Notes under the pieces: generated by a model
Database searches by the model: none
Seen by the model: only the letters and a program-made list of their open reading frames with translations
Told to the model about the DNA's origin: nothing
In this document: piece after piece, positions 45,533-54,710 of the stretch
Layout: every line of letters begins with the position of its first letter
Numbering within the stretch: position 1 is the first letter of the stretch
From: Candidatus Saccharibacteria bacterium UBA6224
Lineage (GTDB): Bacteria; Patescibacteriota; Saccharimonadia; Saccharimonadales; UBA4665
DNA: 64,000 nt
Assembly: GCA_002441585.1 (NCBI GenBank)
Contig: DJWS01000008.1
Location: 34,054-98,053 of the forward strand
Reading direction: 5' to 3'
Translations under genes and position numbers: made by a program

Positions 45533-47233
45533 ATGGCTAGCGCACAACCCAACAAAGAAACGATTTATGTTGATGTAGATGATGAGATAACCAGCATCAT
45601 CGATAAAGTCCGCAACAGCAGCGGCCGCATCATTGCTTTGGTGTTGCCCAAACGGGCGGCAACTCTTCAGAGCGTCGTGAACATGAAACTACTCAAGCGC
45701 AGCGCCGAACAGGCTAACAAACAGCTTGTACTGATTACCACCGAAGCCGGATTGCTGCCACTGGCGGGGGCGGTCGGCCTGTATGTTGCCGATTCGTTGC
45801 AGTCCAAGCCCGAGATCCCACCAGTACCAAATCGAGTAGCCCCCAAGGGCGAAGACGAGGTGGTGCTGGATGACGAAGAATACACCGCCGAAAACGCTGG
45901 CGACCAACCGGTCGGAGTGCTGGTGGACAAATCTGGCACTGGTCTGGTGATTTCCTCGAGTGTCGATACCGAGGACACCCCAGCTACGCCTGCTGCTGCC
46001 GCGGCGGCCGCCGTCAAGAGCAAGGCTGGCGCGCTCGCAAAGAACAAGAAGCTACGCGTACCTAATTTCAATAAGTTTCGCTTGATGCTGGCTCTCGGTG
46101 TACTGGGTGTCTTGCTTATCATCGGGCTCATTTACTACCTAGTCGCCCTGTTGCCGAAAGCACAGATTGCCATATCGACCAACGCCCAGGACGTCAACAG
46201 CAGTCTGGACGTATCATTGGATACCACCGCCTCAAAGGTTGATGTGGCGAAAGCCATTGTCCCGGCCACTGCCGTACAACAGCAAAAGACTTACACTAAG
46301 CAGGTCGATGCCACCGGCAAGCAAAACCTTGGCGAAAAAGCGACCGGAAACGTCGTTATGACGGTCTGTGTGAGCGGCTTCGATTTCCCGAACGACGTGG
46401 CTACTGGTACCGGTATTAGCGCCGGTGGACAGACATTCATCACCCAGAAACGGGCCTCATTCAGCCCAGACGGACCCGACCCCGCCAACAGCTGCTACAG
46501 GTACAAATCAGGCTCGATCAAGATTACTGCCCAAACGGCCGGTACTGCCTACAACAAGGATTCCGGCACGACCTTCGCGGTGAACGGCCGACCTGACGTC
46601 AAGGCTATCGGTTCGGCCGATGGTGGCACCGACGATATTCGTCAGGTAGTCAGTCAAAGCGATATTGATAACGCCCAAGGCCAAATCAACACCAACGACA
46701 CAGCCATCAAGGAGGCACTGTACCAGCAACTTACCCAAGATGGTCTATTCGGCATCCGGGCAACTTTCAAGGCCAGCAAGCCGACAGTCAGCAGTAGTAG
46801 CCAAGTCGGGGACGAAGCCAGCACTGTCACGGTAACCTCGGCCATTACTTACACCATGTACGGCACCAAGCGTGATAATCTCGTCCAGCTCATCAACGAT
46901 GACGTCAGCCAGCAGGTCGACACCAGCAAACAGGGCATCATCAGTGATGGCCTCGACAAAGCATCCTTCGGCTACCAGGATGGTAGCGATACGACGGCTC
47001 GAGTCGAAATGTCGGCAACCGCGACGGTCGGCCCTAAGATTGATGAAGCCGCCATCCGGCAACAAGTAGCCGGCAAGAAGAGTGGTGAGGCCAAGGATAC
47101 CATCGGCCAAATCCCCGGGGTCACTGATGTCCAGGTCAAGCTCAGCCCATTCTGGCTTACCGCTATTCCAAGCAATCCCGATAAAATAACTGTGACTATT
47201 GGTAAGGCAGCTCCCGCCCCTAGCGGCTCGTAA
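45533..47233 (+). CDS. bitopic membrane protein coupled to ftsA (hypothetical)
   Basis: Starts 3 nt after the ftsA stop. Has a ~90-aa cytoplasmic domain, an Ala/Pro linker, one TM (LMLALGVLGVLLIIGLIYYLVALL) and a ~370-aa extracytoplasmic domain. Confidence 0.6.
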   Translation: MASAQPNKETIYVDVDDEITSIIDKVRNSSGRIIALVLPKRAATLQSVVNMKLLKRSAEQANKQLVLITTEAGLLPLAGAVGLYVADSLQSKPEIPPVPNRVAPKGEDEVVLDDEEYTAENAGDQPVGVLVDKSGTGLVISSSVDTEDTPATPAAAAAAAVKSKAGALAKNKKLRVPNFNKFRLMLALGVLGVLLIIGLIYYLVALLPKAQIAISTNAQDVNSSLDVSLDTTASKVDVAKAIVPATAVQQQKTYTKQVDATGKQNLGEKATGNVVMTVCVSGFDFPNDVATGTGISAGGQTFITQKRASFSPDGPDPANSCYRYKSGSIKITAQTAGTAYNKDSGTTFAVNGRPDVKAIGSADGGTDDIRQVVSQSDIDNAQGQINTNDTAIKEALYQQLTQDGLFGIRATFKASKPTVSSSSQVGDEASTVTVTSAITYTMYGTKRDNLVQLINDDVSQQVDTSKQGIISDGLDKASFGYQDGSDTTARVEMSATATVGPKIDEAAIRQQVAGKKSGEAKDTIGQIPGVTDVQVKLSPFWLTAIPSNPDKITVTIGKAAPAPSGS

Positions 47234-47251
47234 GCGAGCGGCAACTGAAGT

Positions 47252-47662
47252 ATGAATGCTCAGACAAGCGGAGAAGTCATCGCCCTGGACGTCGGTTCGG
47301 TGAGAATCGGCGTGGCTCGGGCGTCGCGAATCGTACGCCTGGCGGAGCCGCTGATAACCTTACGGAACGACGAGTCAGTCTGGAGCGAGCTGAACTCCTT
47401 GATTGCTGCTCATGATGTTCACACTATCGTCGTTGGGTTGCCGCGAGGTTTGGATGGGCAAGAAACCGCCCAGACGACCACGGTTCGCCAGTTTGTCGAA
47501 GAGCTAGGTAAGCGCGTCGATCGACCAATCGTCTTTCAGGATGAGGCTCTGACATCGCACAAGGCCGAGGCCGAGCTGGCCGCCCGAAACAAACCATTCG
47601 CGAAAGAGGACGTGGACGCCCTGGCGGCGGTCTACATCCTGGAGGACTATCTGGCCGCTTGA
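47252..47662 (+). CDS. ruvX: YqgF/RuvX putative pre-16S rRNA nuclease
   Basis: IALDVGSVRIGVA, VVGLPRGLDG. Confidence 0.88.
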   Translation: MNAQTSGEVIALDVGSVRIGVARASRIVRLAEPLITLRNDESVWSELNSLIAAHDVHTIVVGLPRGLDGQETAQTTTVRQFVEELGKRVDRPIVFQDEALTSHKAEAELAARNKPFAKEDVDALAAVYILEDYLAA

Positions 47663-47684
47663 CGTGCTAGACTAGTAACAGCCT

Positions 47685-48722
47685 ATGACACGTTATCAGC
47701 GACAATATGGCAATCGTCGCCGCTTTCCGCGCCGCTTATTGATCCTAGTCATTATCATCGCGCTCATTGCCCTTGGCGGGAGCGTGATCGTTCGCCGTCA
47801 GTACAGCGACAATTTGCGTCCGGTCAGCAGCAGTACCCAAGAAGTTCACGTCACCATCGCGAGCGGTTCCTCGAGTAGTGTCATCGCCAAGCAGCTATTG
47901 GACGCTGGGCTGATAAGGAACTCCCAGACCTTCGAACTTTATGTAAATTCGCACAATATTCGTGACAAGTTGCAGGCTGGCACCTACAGCTTTAGCCAGA
48001 GCATGAGCACCGCCGAAATCGCCGAAGCTATTGCCGCTGGCAAAGTAGCGACCGACCTGGTGACAATTCTGCCAGGACAGAGGATCGACCAAATCCGCGA
48101 GACGCTGATCACGGCCGGGTTCAAACCAATTGCTGTCAATGCCGCCCTGAACGCCGCTAACTATCGCAATGATTATCCGGCGCTAGCCGACAACCCGAGC
48201 AAGGCGACCCTGGAAGGGTTCTTATACCCCGATTCCTACCAGCTAACTGCCGAGACCCAGCCGAGTGAAATCGTGGCTGAAGCGCTCAAGGAGATGCAGA
48301 AATATTTATCGAGTGATGTACGAGTAAGTTTTGCGCGCCAGGGATTAAGTGTATATCAGGGTGTCAGTTTGGCTTCGATCGTCGAGCAGGAAGTACCAGG
48401 TACGGCCGATCGCGCCAAGGTGGCGCAAGTCTTTTTGTTGCGACTGAAACGCGACATGACACTGGGATCAGATGTTACAGTCAACTATGCCAGGGCCGTC
48501 CATAATGGTTTATATGATACGACAGAACACAAGGGCTTGCCGCCAGGGCCTATCGGTACAGTAAGTAAAGAAGCGCTCCAGGCTGTGGCACACCCGGCAT
48601 CGACCGACTGGCTGTTTTTTGTATCTGGCGATAACGGCACGACATACTTCTCGCACACCTATGAAGAACACAAAGCCCTGATTGCCAAATATTGTCACGC
48701 CGCCTGTCCAAGTGGTGGCTAG
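47685..48722 (+). CDS. mltG: endolytic murein transglycosylase MltG (YceG family)
   Basis: N-terminal TM, LEGFLYPDSY, ASIVEQE, GLPPGPI. Confidence 0.88.
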   Translation: MTRYQRQYGNRRRFPRRLLILVIIIALIALGGSVIVRRQYSDNLRPVSSSTQEVHVTIASGSSSSVIAKQLLDAGLIRNSQTFELYVNSHNIRDKLQAGTYSFSQSMSTAEIAEAIAAGKVATDLVTILPGQRIDQIRETLITAGFKPIAVNAALNAANYRNDYPALADNPSKATLEGFLYPDSYQLTAETQPSEIVAEALKEMQKYLSSDVRVSFARQGLSVYQGVSLASIVEQEVPGTADRAKVAQVFLLRLKRDMTLGSDVTVNYARAVHNGLYDTTEHKGLPPGPIGTVSKEALQAVAHPASTDWLFFVSGDNGTTYFSHTYEEHKALIAKYCHAACPSGG

Positions 48723-48728
48723 GGGCAT

Positions 48729-48749
48729 AACAGGGGTTCCAACAGGGGT
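48729..48749 (+). promoter_or_regulatory. tandem direct repeat AACAGGGGT-N3-AACAGGGGT just upstream of the -35 region
   Basis: Two exact 9-mers with a 12-bp period. An AAC trinucleotide recurs at 48753. Confidence 0.3.
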
Positions 48750-48775
48750 GGCAACTTGTGCTTAATGGCCAAAAT

Positions 48776-48784
48776 TGTTATACT
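48776..48784 (+). promoter_or_regulatory. extended -10 TGTTATACT
   Basis: Motif read directly. TTGTGC at 48756-48761 lies at 17-bp spacing. Confidence 0.45.
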
Positions 48785-48790
48785 CACCGG

Positions 48791-49003
48791 TGCAGTGCGG
48801 TTTTTAGGGGCAGTTGCCCTTATACACCCGCACCAGCTCGATGCGTGACGGGTGATAATTAAACCCGAGACGCGCCGAGTATTACCCGTTAATACGGGCA
48901 GGAGATTTGTATTAGTCATCTCGGATCCAAAACCTCAATCGGTCGATTCATAGCCCCCAAAGAGCGCGGGGCACTGCCTTTTCGCGGCCTAGAGTTAGGC
49001 GCG
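48791..49003 (+). promoter_or_regulatory. ~210-nt structured 5' leader of the LysM-CHAP gene; riboswitch candidate (ydaO/c-di-AMP class suspected, unverified)
   Basis: Nested stems: GTGCGG/CCGCAC enclosing AGGGCA/TGCCCT; CTCG..GCGT-GA-CGGGT/ACCCG-AG-ACGC..CGAG; CCCGT/ACGGG. Contains ACCCG and GGGTGA elements reminiscent of ydaO. Confidence 0.35.
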
Positions 49004-50059
49004 ATGCGAGCCTCGTTACGTCGCCGTGTCATACGAATCGGCCTGGTTGGTGTCAATATGGCCATCCTAGCCGTCGTGGCATTTTTGGTGCTTGGCCACT
49101 CTGGCGCAACCGGTGCCCCAGATCCTAGGGCAGAAAATAGCGCTATTGCCACCCCACAACTGTCAGCACTTGATCAATTGGCTTCGGCCAGTATCGCGCA
49201 AACCGCTGCTCAAATGACAGGTGTTGGCGAGGTTATCCCTATCACTAACCAGGCGGATACCGAACGAGCTCAGTTGAGCCAGGCCTCGATCAGCAATGAC
49301 ACGCTAGCGTCCAAGCCGCAGGTGATAGCCTCGGCCTATAAAGCCAATAATATCGTCCTTTATATAGTAAAATCAGGCGATACTATGTCGAAACTCGTCG
49401 ATAAGTTCGGTGTTTCCTCGGATAGTATCCGTTGGTCCAACAATCTCAGCAACGACAATATTTCACCTGGTATGAAACTGTATATTCCCCCGGCCGAAGG
49501 CCTGGTCTACAAGGTCAAGAAAGGTGATACGCCGGCCTCACTGTCCCTCAAGTATAATGTTTCGAAGGCTAAGATTATCCAATACAATGACGCCGAGCTG
49601 CATGGTCTGAAGGTCGGATCGCTAATCATCCTGCCGGGTGCCACCAAGGCACAGCAGGTCAGCCGGTCGTACTCAACATTCCGCCAGCCATCCTACGGCT
49701 ACAACGGTTACGACTATGGTTACTGCACCTGGTGGGTGGCCAACGAGCGCGCCAAGGCGGGCAATCCGCTGCCAGTCGGACTCGGTGATGCCAGTAGTTG
49801 GCCGTACTGGGCGAAAGTATTCGGTTTGTCGTATGGCTACTCGCCTCGAGTCGGTGCGGCAGTAGTCACCAGCCGGAGCGGTGCGGGGCACGTCGCCTAT
49901 GTCGTCCAGGTGAACAGCGACGGCAGTATTTGGATATCACAAATGAATTCCAGTGGTCAGCGTAGCTTGTCTGACCCCACGCCGGTTCGCGGCTGGAACG
50001 TCGTATCGTACCGCCATTGGGATGCTGGTAGCGCCAACTCATTCTTCTATATTTATTAA
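49004..50059 (+). CDS. peptidoglycan hydrolase: TM/signal, 2x LysM, C-terminal CHAP
   Basis: LysM repeats YIVKSGDTMSKL...KLYIP and YKVKKGDTPASL...LIILP. CHAP catalytic Cys in GYCTWWV and His in GHVAYV. Confidence 0.85.
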   Translation: MRASLRRRVIRIGLVGVNMAILAVVAFLVLGHSGATGAPDPRAENSAIATPQLSALDQLASASIAQTAAQMTGVGEVIPITNQADTERAQLSQASISNDTLASKPQVIASAYKANNIVLYIVKSGDTMSKLVDKFGVSSDSIRWSNNLSNDNISPGMKLYIPPAEGLVYKVKKGDTPASLSLKYNVSKAKIIQYNDAELHGLKVGSLIILPGATKAQQVSRSYSTFRQPSYGYNGYDYGYCTWWVANERAKAGNPLPVGLGDASSWPYWAKVFGLSYGYSPRVGAAVVTSRSGAGHVAYVVQVNSDGSIWISQMNSSGQRSLSDPTPVRGWNVVSYRHWDAGSANSFFYIY

Positions 50060-50116
50060 ATCAAGCCGCCTTTTGGCCGTTTACCGCGGCCGCATAATTG
50101 GCTATTCTGGAGACGT

Positions 50117-51403
50117 ATGTTCATAGACGCAGTAAAAGTTGATGTGGTGGCCGGCGATGGCGGTAATGGCAAGGTTAGTTTTCGCCATGAGAAATTTATC
50201 GACCGCGGTGGCCCCGATGGTGGCGACGGCGGCAACGGTGGCGACGTAGTCTTCGTGGCCAGCCGCAACCAGAACACACTGGCGAAGTTCCGGTTCGATA
50301 AATTAGTTAAGGCGGAGTCAGGCCATCCCGGCGGCAAACAGCGCATGCATGGACGCAGTGCGCCTGCTCTAGAGGTTGCCGTACCCGTCGGTACTGTCAT
50401 TAGCGACCAGACCGGTCGCGAGCTAGCAGATTTAACCGAGGACGGTCAGCGCGCCGTGATTGCCAAGGGTGGCAAGGGTGGCTTCGGCAACGCTCACTTC
50501 GTCAGTTCGCGCCGCCAAGCCCCAAAGTTTGCCGAAAAAGGTGAACCGGGTGAAGAGTTACAGGCCTCACTCGAGCTCAAGATGATTGCCGACGTCGGCC
50601 TGGTCGGTCTGCCCAACGCCGGCAAGTCGACGCTATTGGCACGTCTCAGCAACGCCCGTCCGGAAATTGCCAACTACCCGTTCACGACGCTTACGCCCAA
50701 CCTTGGCGTGGTCGATATCGATACGACCAGCTTGCTGTTTGCCGATATCCCCGGGTTGATTGAGGGTGCCAGCGAGGGCAAGGGCCTGGGGCACACCTTC
50801 TTGCGCCACGTCGAACGGACAGCCGTCATGTTGCACCTGATCGATGCCTACGAAGAGGATCTTGTAGGCGCTTATCAAACGATTCGCAACGAACTAGCAG
50901 CATATGACAAGAAGTTGGCTAAGCGGCCGGAAATCATTGCCCTCAACAAGACTGAGGGATTGGACCAGGAAATGATTGACGATATGCTAGCCCGCCTTCG
51001 CAAAGTGGCCGGTGCCAAAGCTCAGCTATTTGCCATCTCGGGTCAGTCGGGCAAGGGTCTAAAAGAACTGCTGTATGCCCTCAAGGCTCAAACCGAAAAA
51101 ACCCGTGCTGCCGAAGCGGCCGCAGCATTAAAACGCGCCAATCAGAGCGACGCGGATATCCCAGTGCTCAGATTGCCAGATGATGACCGTTCATGGACAA
51201 TCGACAATACCGACGACGGCTATCTTGTGCAGGGCACTAAAATCGAGCAGTTCGTGCAACGAACGGACTTTGAGAATGAAGAGGCAGTTCAACGCCTGCG
51301 CGATATCATGCGCAAGAATGGCATCATGCATGAGCTGGTCCGCCGCGGCATCGAAGCTGGCCAAAAGATCAGTTTCCCCTCCGGACACTCTTTCGAATAT
51401 TGA
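50117..51403 (+). CDS. obg: GTPase Obg/CgtA
   Basis: Obg fold with Gly-rich GGDGGNGG, G1 GLPNAGKST, G3 DIPGLIEGA, NK.D-type ALNKTE, and a C-terminal OCT domain. Confidence 0.92.
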   Translation: MFIDAVKVDVVAGDGGNGKVSFRHEKFIDRGGPDGGDGGNGGDVVFVASRNQNTLAKFRFDKLVKAESGHPGGKQRMHGRSAPALEVAVPVGTVISDQTGRELADLTEDGQRAVIAKGGKGGFGNAHFVSSRRQAPKFAEKGEPGEELQASLELKMIADVGLVGLPNAGKSTLLARLSNARPEIANYPFTTLTPNLGVVDIDTTSLLFADIPGLIEGASEGKGLGHTFLRHVERTAVMLHLIDAYEEDLVGAYQTIRNELAAYDKKLAKRPEIIALNKTEGLDQEMIDDMLARLRKVAGAKAQLFAISGQSGKGLKELLYALKAQTEKTRAAEAAAALKRANQSDADIPVLRLPDDDRSWTIDNTDDGYLVQGTKIEQFVQRTDFENEEAVQRLRDIMRKNGIMHELVRRGIEAGQKISFPSGHSFEY

Positions 51404-51513
51404 AAAACCTGTCGCTGACTTGCGCGATCGGGCTAATAAAAATCGTCCGTACCTCGCTGGCCACCCAACCTCGCGGCTATTCGACCAGGGCTGCGTGCTA
51501 AACTGGTAGTCAT

Positions 51514-52959
51514 ATGGCTGCCAGTTTCTTTTTTTATGATCTAGAGACCAGCGGGATAAGCCCCCGCGAATCGCGGATTATGCAGTTTGCCGGTCAGCGT
51601 ACTGATATGCGGCTTAACCTTGTCGGCGAACCTGTCGATGTGCTCATCAAGCTCACTCCCGACATCCTGCCCGAACCAGATGCAATCCTGCTTACCGGCA
51701 TCACTCCACAGCAAACACTGGCCGACGGCTTGACCGAAGCTGAGTTTCTCAAACTTTTTACTGATACCGTGGCAACCAAAGATACGATTTTCGTTGGTTA
51801 CAACACGATTAGATTCGACGACGAGTTCATGCGCTATATGCACTATCGTAACTTCTACGACCCCTATCAGTGGCAATGGAAAGAAGGTCGGGGGAAATGG
51901 GACCTTCTCGATGTAGTTCGGATGACACGAGCGCTCCGACCAGATGGTATCGAGTGGCCATTTGCGACTGATGGCAAGCCAACAGTAAGTTTGGAATACA
52001 TGACAAAAGTTAACAAGCTGGCGCACGATAACGCCCATACCGCGCTGGCGGATGTCCAGGCGACTATTGCATTGGCGCGGTTGATTCGCGACAAGCAGCC
52101 AAAACTGTTCGATTATTTGCTGAGTATCCGGACCAAGAAAGCTGTCAGCGACGTGGTGCTTGGGGGCCAACCCTTCGTTTATACCTCGGGCAGGTTCTCA
52201 TCGGAATACCAAAAAACGACTGTCGCTGTAACCCTAATCCCGCAAACAAACCAGGGCGTAGTAGTCTACGATTTGCGCCATGATCCTACAGAATTCATTT
52301 CAATGACACCCAACCAGTTGGTTGAGCGTTGGGAATATACTCGGGACGAAACCGCCCCCAGTAGGTTGCCGGTCAAATTGTTGCAGTTCAATCATTGCCC
52401 GGCTGTGGCACCGTTATCGGTGTTGCGCCAAGGTGATGCCATGGAGCGCTTGCAGATTGATCTCGACATCATGACCAAGCACCACGAAATGTTAACCGCC
52501 AACCCTGGTTTTATCAATAATGTGGCTGCTGCCTTGGAACTGCGTAACAGACAGCGTCAGGTTGAATTCGCCAGCGCATCACAATCGGTCGACGCGCAAT
52601 TGTACGATGGATTTTTCGACGAACATGATGGCCAGCTGTTGTCGGTAGTACGTGCCGCCGAACCTAAGGAAATGTCGAGTCTAGGTGAAAGATTGCACGA
52701 TCCACGTCTTCAGGCACTCTTGCCGCTATATCAGGCGCGCAATTATCCGGCCAGTCTGACACCCGAACAACGAACCTACTGGGATGAATTTTGTCGGACG
52801 CGGTTGCAGGCTGGCGGCAGCGAAAGCCGCTTGGCCAAGTTTGCTACTCGCCTGCAGGAGCTTGGTTCTCGTACCTCGCTGACCAAGCAGCAGCGATACG
52901 TCCTAGAAGAACTGCAGCTGTACGCCGAATCAATCGTGCAGCTCGATCCAGATATTTAG
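51514..52959 (+). CDS. sbcB: exodeoxyribonuclease I
   Basis: FFFYDLETSG, GYN.IRFDDEF, HTALADV, and an ExoI C-terminal domain. Confidence 0.88.
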   Translation: MAASFFFYDLETSGISPRESRIMQFAGQRTDMRLNLVGEPVDVLIKLTPDILPEPDAILLTGITPQQTLADGLTEAEFLKLFTDTVATKDTIFVGYNTIRFDDEFMRYMHYRNFYDPYQWQWKEGRGKWDLLDVVRMTRALRPDGIEWPFATDGKPTVSLEYMTKVNKLAHDNAHTALADVQATIALARLIRDKQPKLFDYLLSIRTKKAVSDVVLGGQPFVYTSGRFSSEYQKTTVAVTLIPQTNQGVVVYDLRHDPTEFISMTPNQLVERWEYTRDETAPSRLPVKLLQFNHCPAVAPLSVLRQGDAMERLQIDLDIMTKHHEMLTANPGFINNVAAALELRNRQRQVEFASASQSVDAQLYDGFFDEHDGQLLSVVRAAEPKEMSSLGERLHDPRLQALLPLYQARNYPASLTPEQRTYWDEFCRTRLQAGGSESRLAKFATRLQELGSRTSLTKQQRYVLEELQLYAESIVQLDPDI

Positions 52960-53143
52960 TCTTGGTACGCATGGTCATTGCGACGCTGAAGTAACAAATT
53001 GCAAACCACAAACGATGTTCGTGATTACGGTCGTAGTAAACGGTGTATGCCAACATTACCAGCAGGGCACAAAGCAGCCAGCTAAAAAAGGTTATGTGAA
53101 TTGAAGTACCGGGTACTTGCCCAAGCATTAAAAAATTGATCAT
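52844..53143 (-). CDS. small membrane protein (hypothetical); 3' part overlaps sbcB convergently
   Basis: GAGGTGAGG RBS lies 4 nt upstream of the ATG. Hydrophobic N-terminus IHITFFSWLLCALLVMLAYTVYY. The true extent is uncertain. Confidence 0.4.
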   Translation of the reverse strand: MINFLMLGQVPGTSIHITFFSWLLCALLVMLAYTVYYDRNHEHRLWFAICYFSVAMTMRTKTKYLDRAARLIRRTAAVLLGRIAAAWSARYENQAPAGE

Positions 53144-53208
53144 TTGGCCTCACCTCGTTAGCCAAATTATAACGCATAGTTGTCATAGGGACAATTATAT
53201 TTTAAACA

Positions 53209-53619
53209 CTAGCGTTGTTTTTTAGAGCGGAATCGTTCCATCCGATCACGATTGAGCAGGGCGATAGCGAGCGAAATAAAAAATAGTGACACAGCCAGGG
53301 TGATTTGCCAGATAGCGGCGTGATGCCAGGCCAGCAGTGCTACGGTCATCCACAAAAATACGACGACGGCATCGTATAGCCATTGCACCCAGGGAACGGG
53401 CGGAAATAATTTTTTCACAAAATTACCACCATGTTTGAGGAAGTAATCGCGCAGCCGTTCGGCCCAGACGTTATTGATTGACAACAGCCCCAGGCCAGCG
53501 ATGAAAAGCGGGATGCCTCCCGGTCCAGGCAGCCAACCCGTCAGGATGGACGCGACGATAAGGCCATAGCCGGCCGCGTCGGTGAGGACTCGTTTGGTGT
53601 TGCGTCGCAAGAAATCCAT
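53209..53619 (-). CDS. PGPGW-domain membrane protein
   Basis: TGWLPGPGGIPLFIAGLGLL motif and four hydrophobic helices. Start set at MDFLRR (ATG 53619), 7 nt after a TACAAT box (53627-53632, minus strand). Confidence 0.7.
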   Translation of the reverse strand: MDFLRRNTKRVLTDAAGYGLIVASILTGWLPGPGGIPLFIAGLGLLSINNVWAERLRDYFLKHGGNFVKKLFPPVPWVQWLYDAVVVFLWMTVALLAWHHAAIWQITLAVSLFFISLAIALLNRDRMERFRSKKQR

Positions 53620-53741
53620 ATCAAGCATTGTACTGCACTATAGACCGATGGGACATCCATTCAATAAGCGTAAGCGTTTTGTAATGCTGCTAACGCGGCG
53701 TACACTAAAAGTATACTCTGTAAAACTATGGGAGAGTGGAC

Positions 53742-54671
53742 ATGACGGGACAAGGAGGATGGGAAGACCCCTATCAAGCTCCGGCAATAGGCTTTGCTGC
53801 GGCGCTAAAGGAAGGAACTCGTTGGCTCGATGAGGCGCCGGATGCACCTCAGACACTATACCCCCACGTAGACAAGGAACATGCCCGACGGGAGACCGTG
53901 GAAAGCGGGTCGCACATACCCCAGATACACTTGGAAATCGGACGTCGTGTGTTGTATAAGTCTCGAGGCTCGGACTGGAGGAATGTACCCAAGATGTTGG
54001 CTCGAGCAAACTCGGGAATGCGGGCTATCGAGCCCATAGAGCACACCCGTTACAGCGTTGATTATTTGACCCCCGACGAAATGGACGACATCGTGTCGAG
54101 TAGATTTGGTGATGCTGGACGCGGCGACGGCCCAGCCAAACAGAAAAGGGCTATTCGAGATTTGTCAGAAAAAATAAATCGTTACCTTGGTGGGCAGTAT
54201 CAGTCCGACCAGGATGAGCTGTTCGCATTTGGCGAACGGAACCCCGAAGAATCCGCAAAAGCCTGGGACTTGGCGGCAGACCCGGACAACCCGAAATGGT
54301 TCGATACTGATAAGCATGGCAAAACCTTGCCTGAAAATGAGAATCTCCCATGGGAATCCGTCAGTGGGTTATGGATACCTGGAGAGTACGCGGTCGAGCT
54401 CGAGGCGCCATCTCCGAACACTTCGCATGCAAGCGTTATGCTCCTGGATAGGATGGGGACTTTACGCAAGGGCCGGGAGCGGCTGGTAAGCGCACTAGAT
54501 AGTGAGTTCGGACTCGATGTCAGCAACGTGCAGCCATCGGATGAATGGGTGGGCAGTTTTGATATCCTCAGGGCAATTGGTGGCCGGAGCATCGTGGGTT
54601 TGAGATACCGCATTCCAGCGCTACCGGCAACGGTGATGCTCAAGCCCCCTCATGTACATGAAATATCGTAA
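53742..54671 (+). CDS. hypothetical cytoplasmic protein
   Basis: GGGAGAG lies upstream of ATG 53742. No TM, no signal peptide, no family recognised. Confidence 0.5.
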   Translation: MTGQGGWEDPYQAPAIGFAAALKEGTRWLDEAPDAPQTLYPHVDKEHARRETVESGSHIPQIHLEIGRRVLYKSRGSDWRNVPKMLARANSGMRAIEPIEHTRYSVDYLTPDEMDDIVSSRFGDAGRGDGPAKQKRAIRDLSEKINRYLGGQYQSDQDELFAFGERNPEESAKAWDLAADPDNPKWFDTDKHGKTLPENENLPWESVSGLWIPGEYAVELEAPSPNTSHASVMLLDRMGTLRKGRERLVSALDSEFGLDVSNVQPSDEWVGSFDILRAIGGRSIVGLRYRIPALPATVMLKPPHVHEIS

Positions 54672-54679
54672 AAATAGTG

Positions 54680-54688
54680 TGCTATACT
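54680..54688 (+). promoter_or_regulatory. extended -10 TGCTATACT
   Basis: Exact motif. AAGGAG and GTG 54711 lie downstream. Confidence 0.45.
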
Positions 54689-54710
54689 GACCGCGTATAA
54701 AGGAGTTCTC

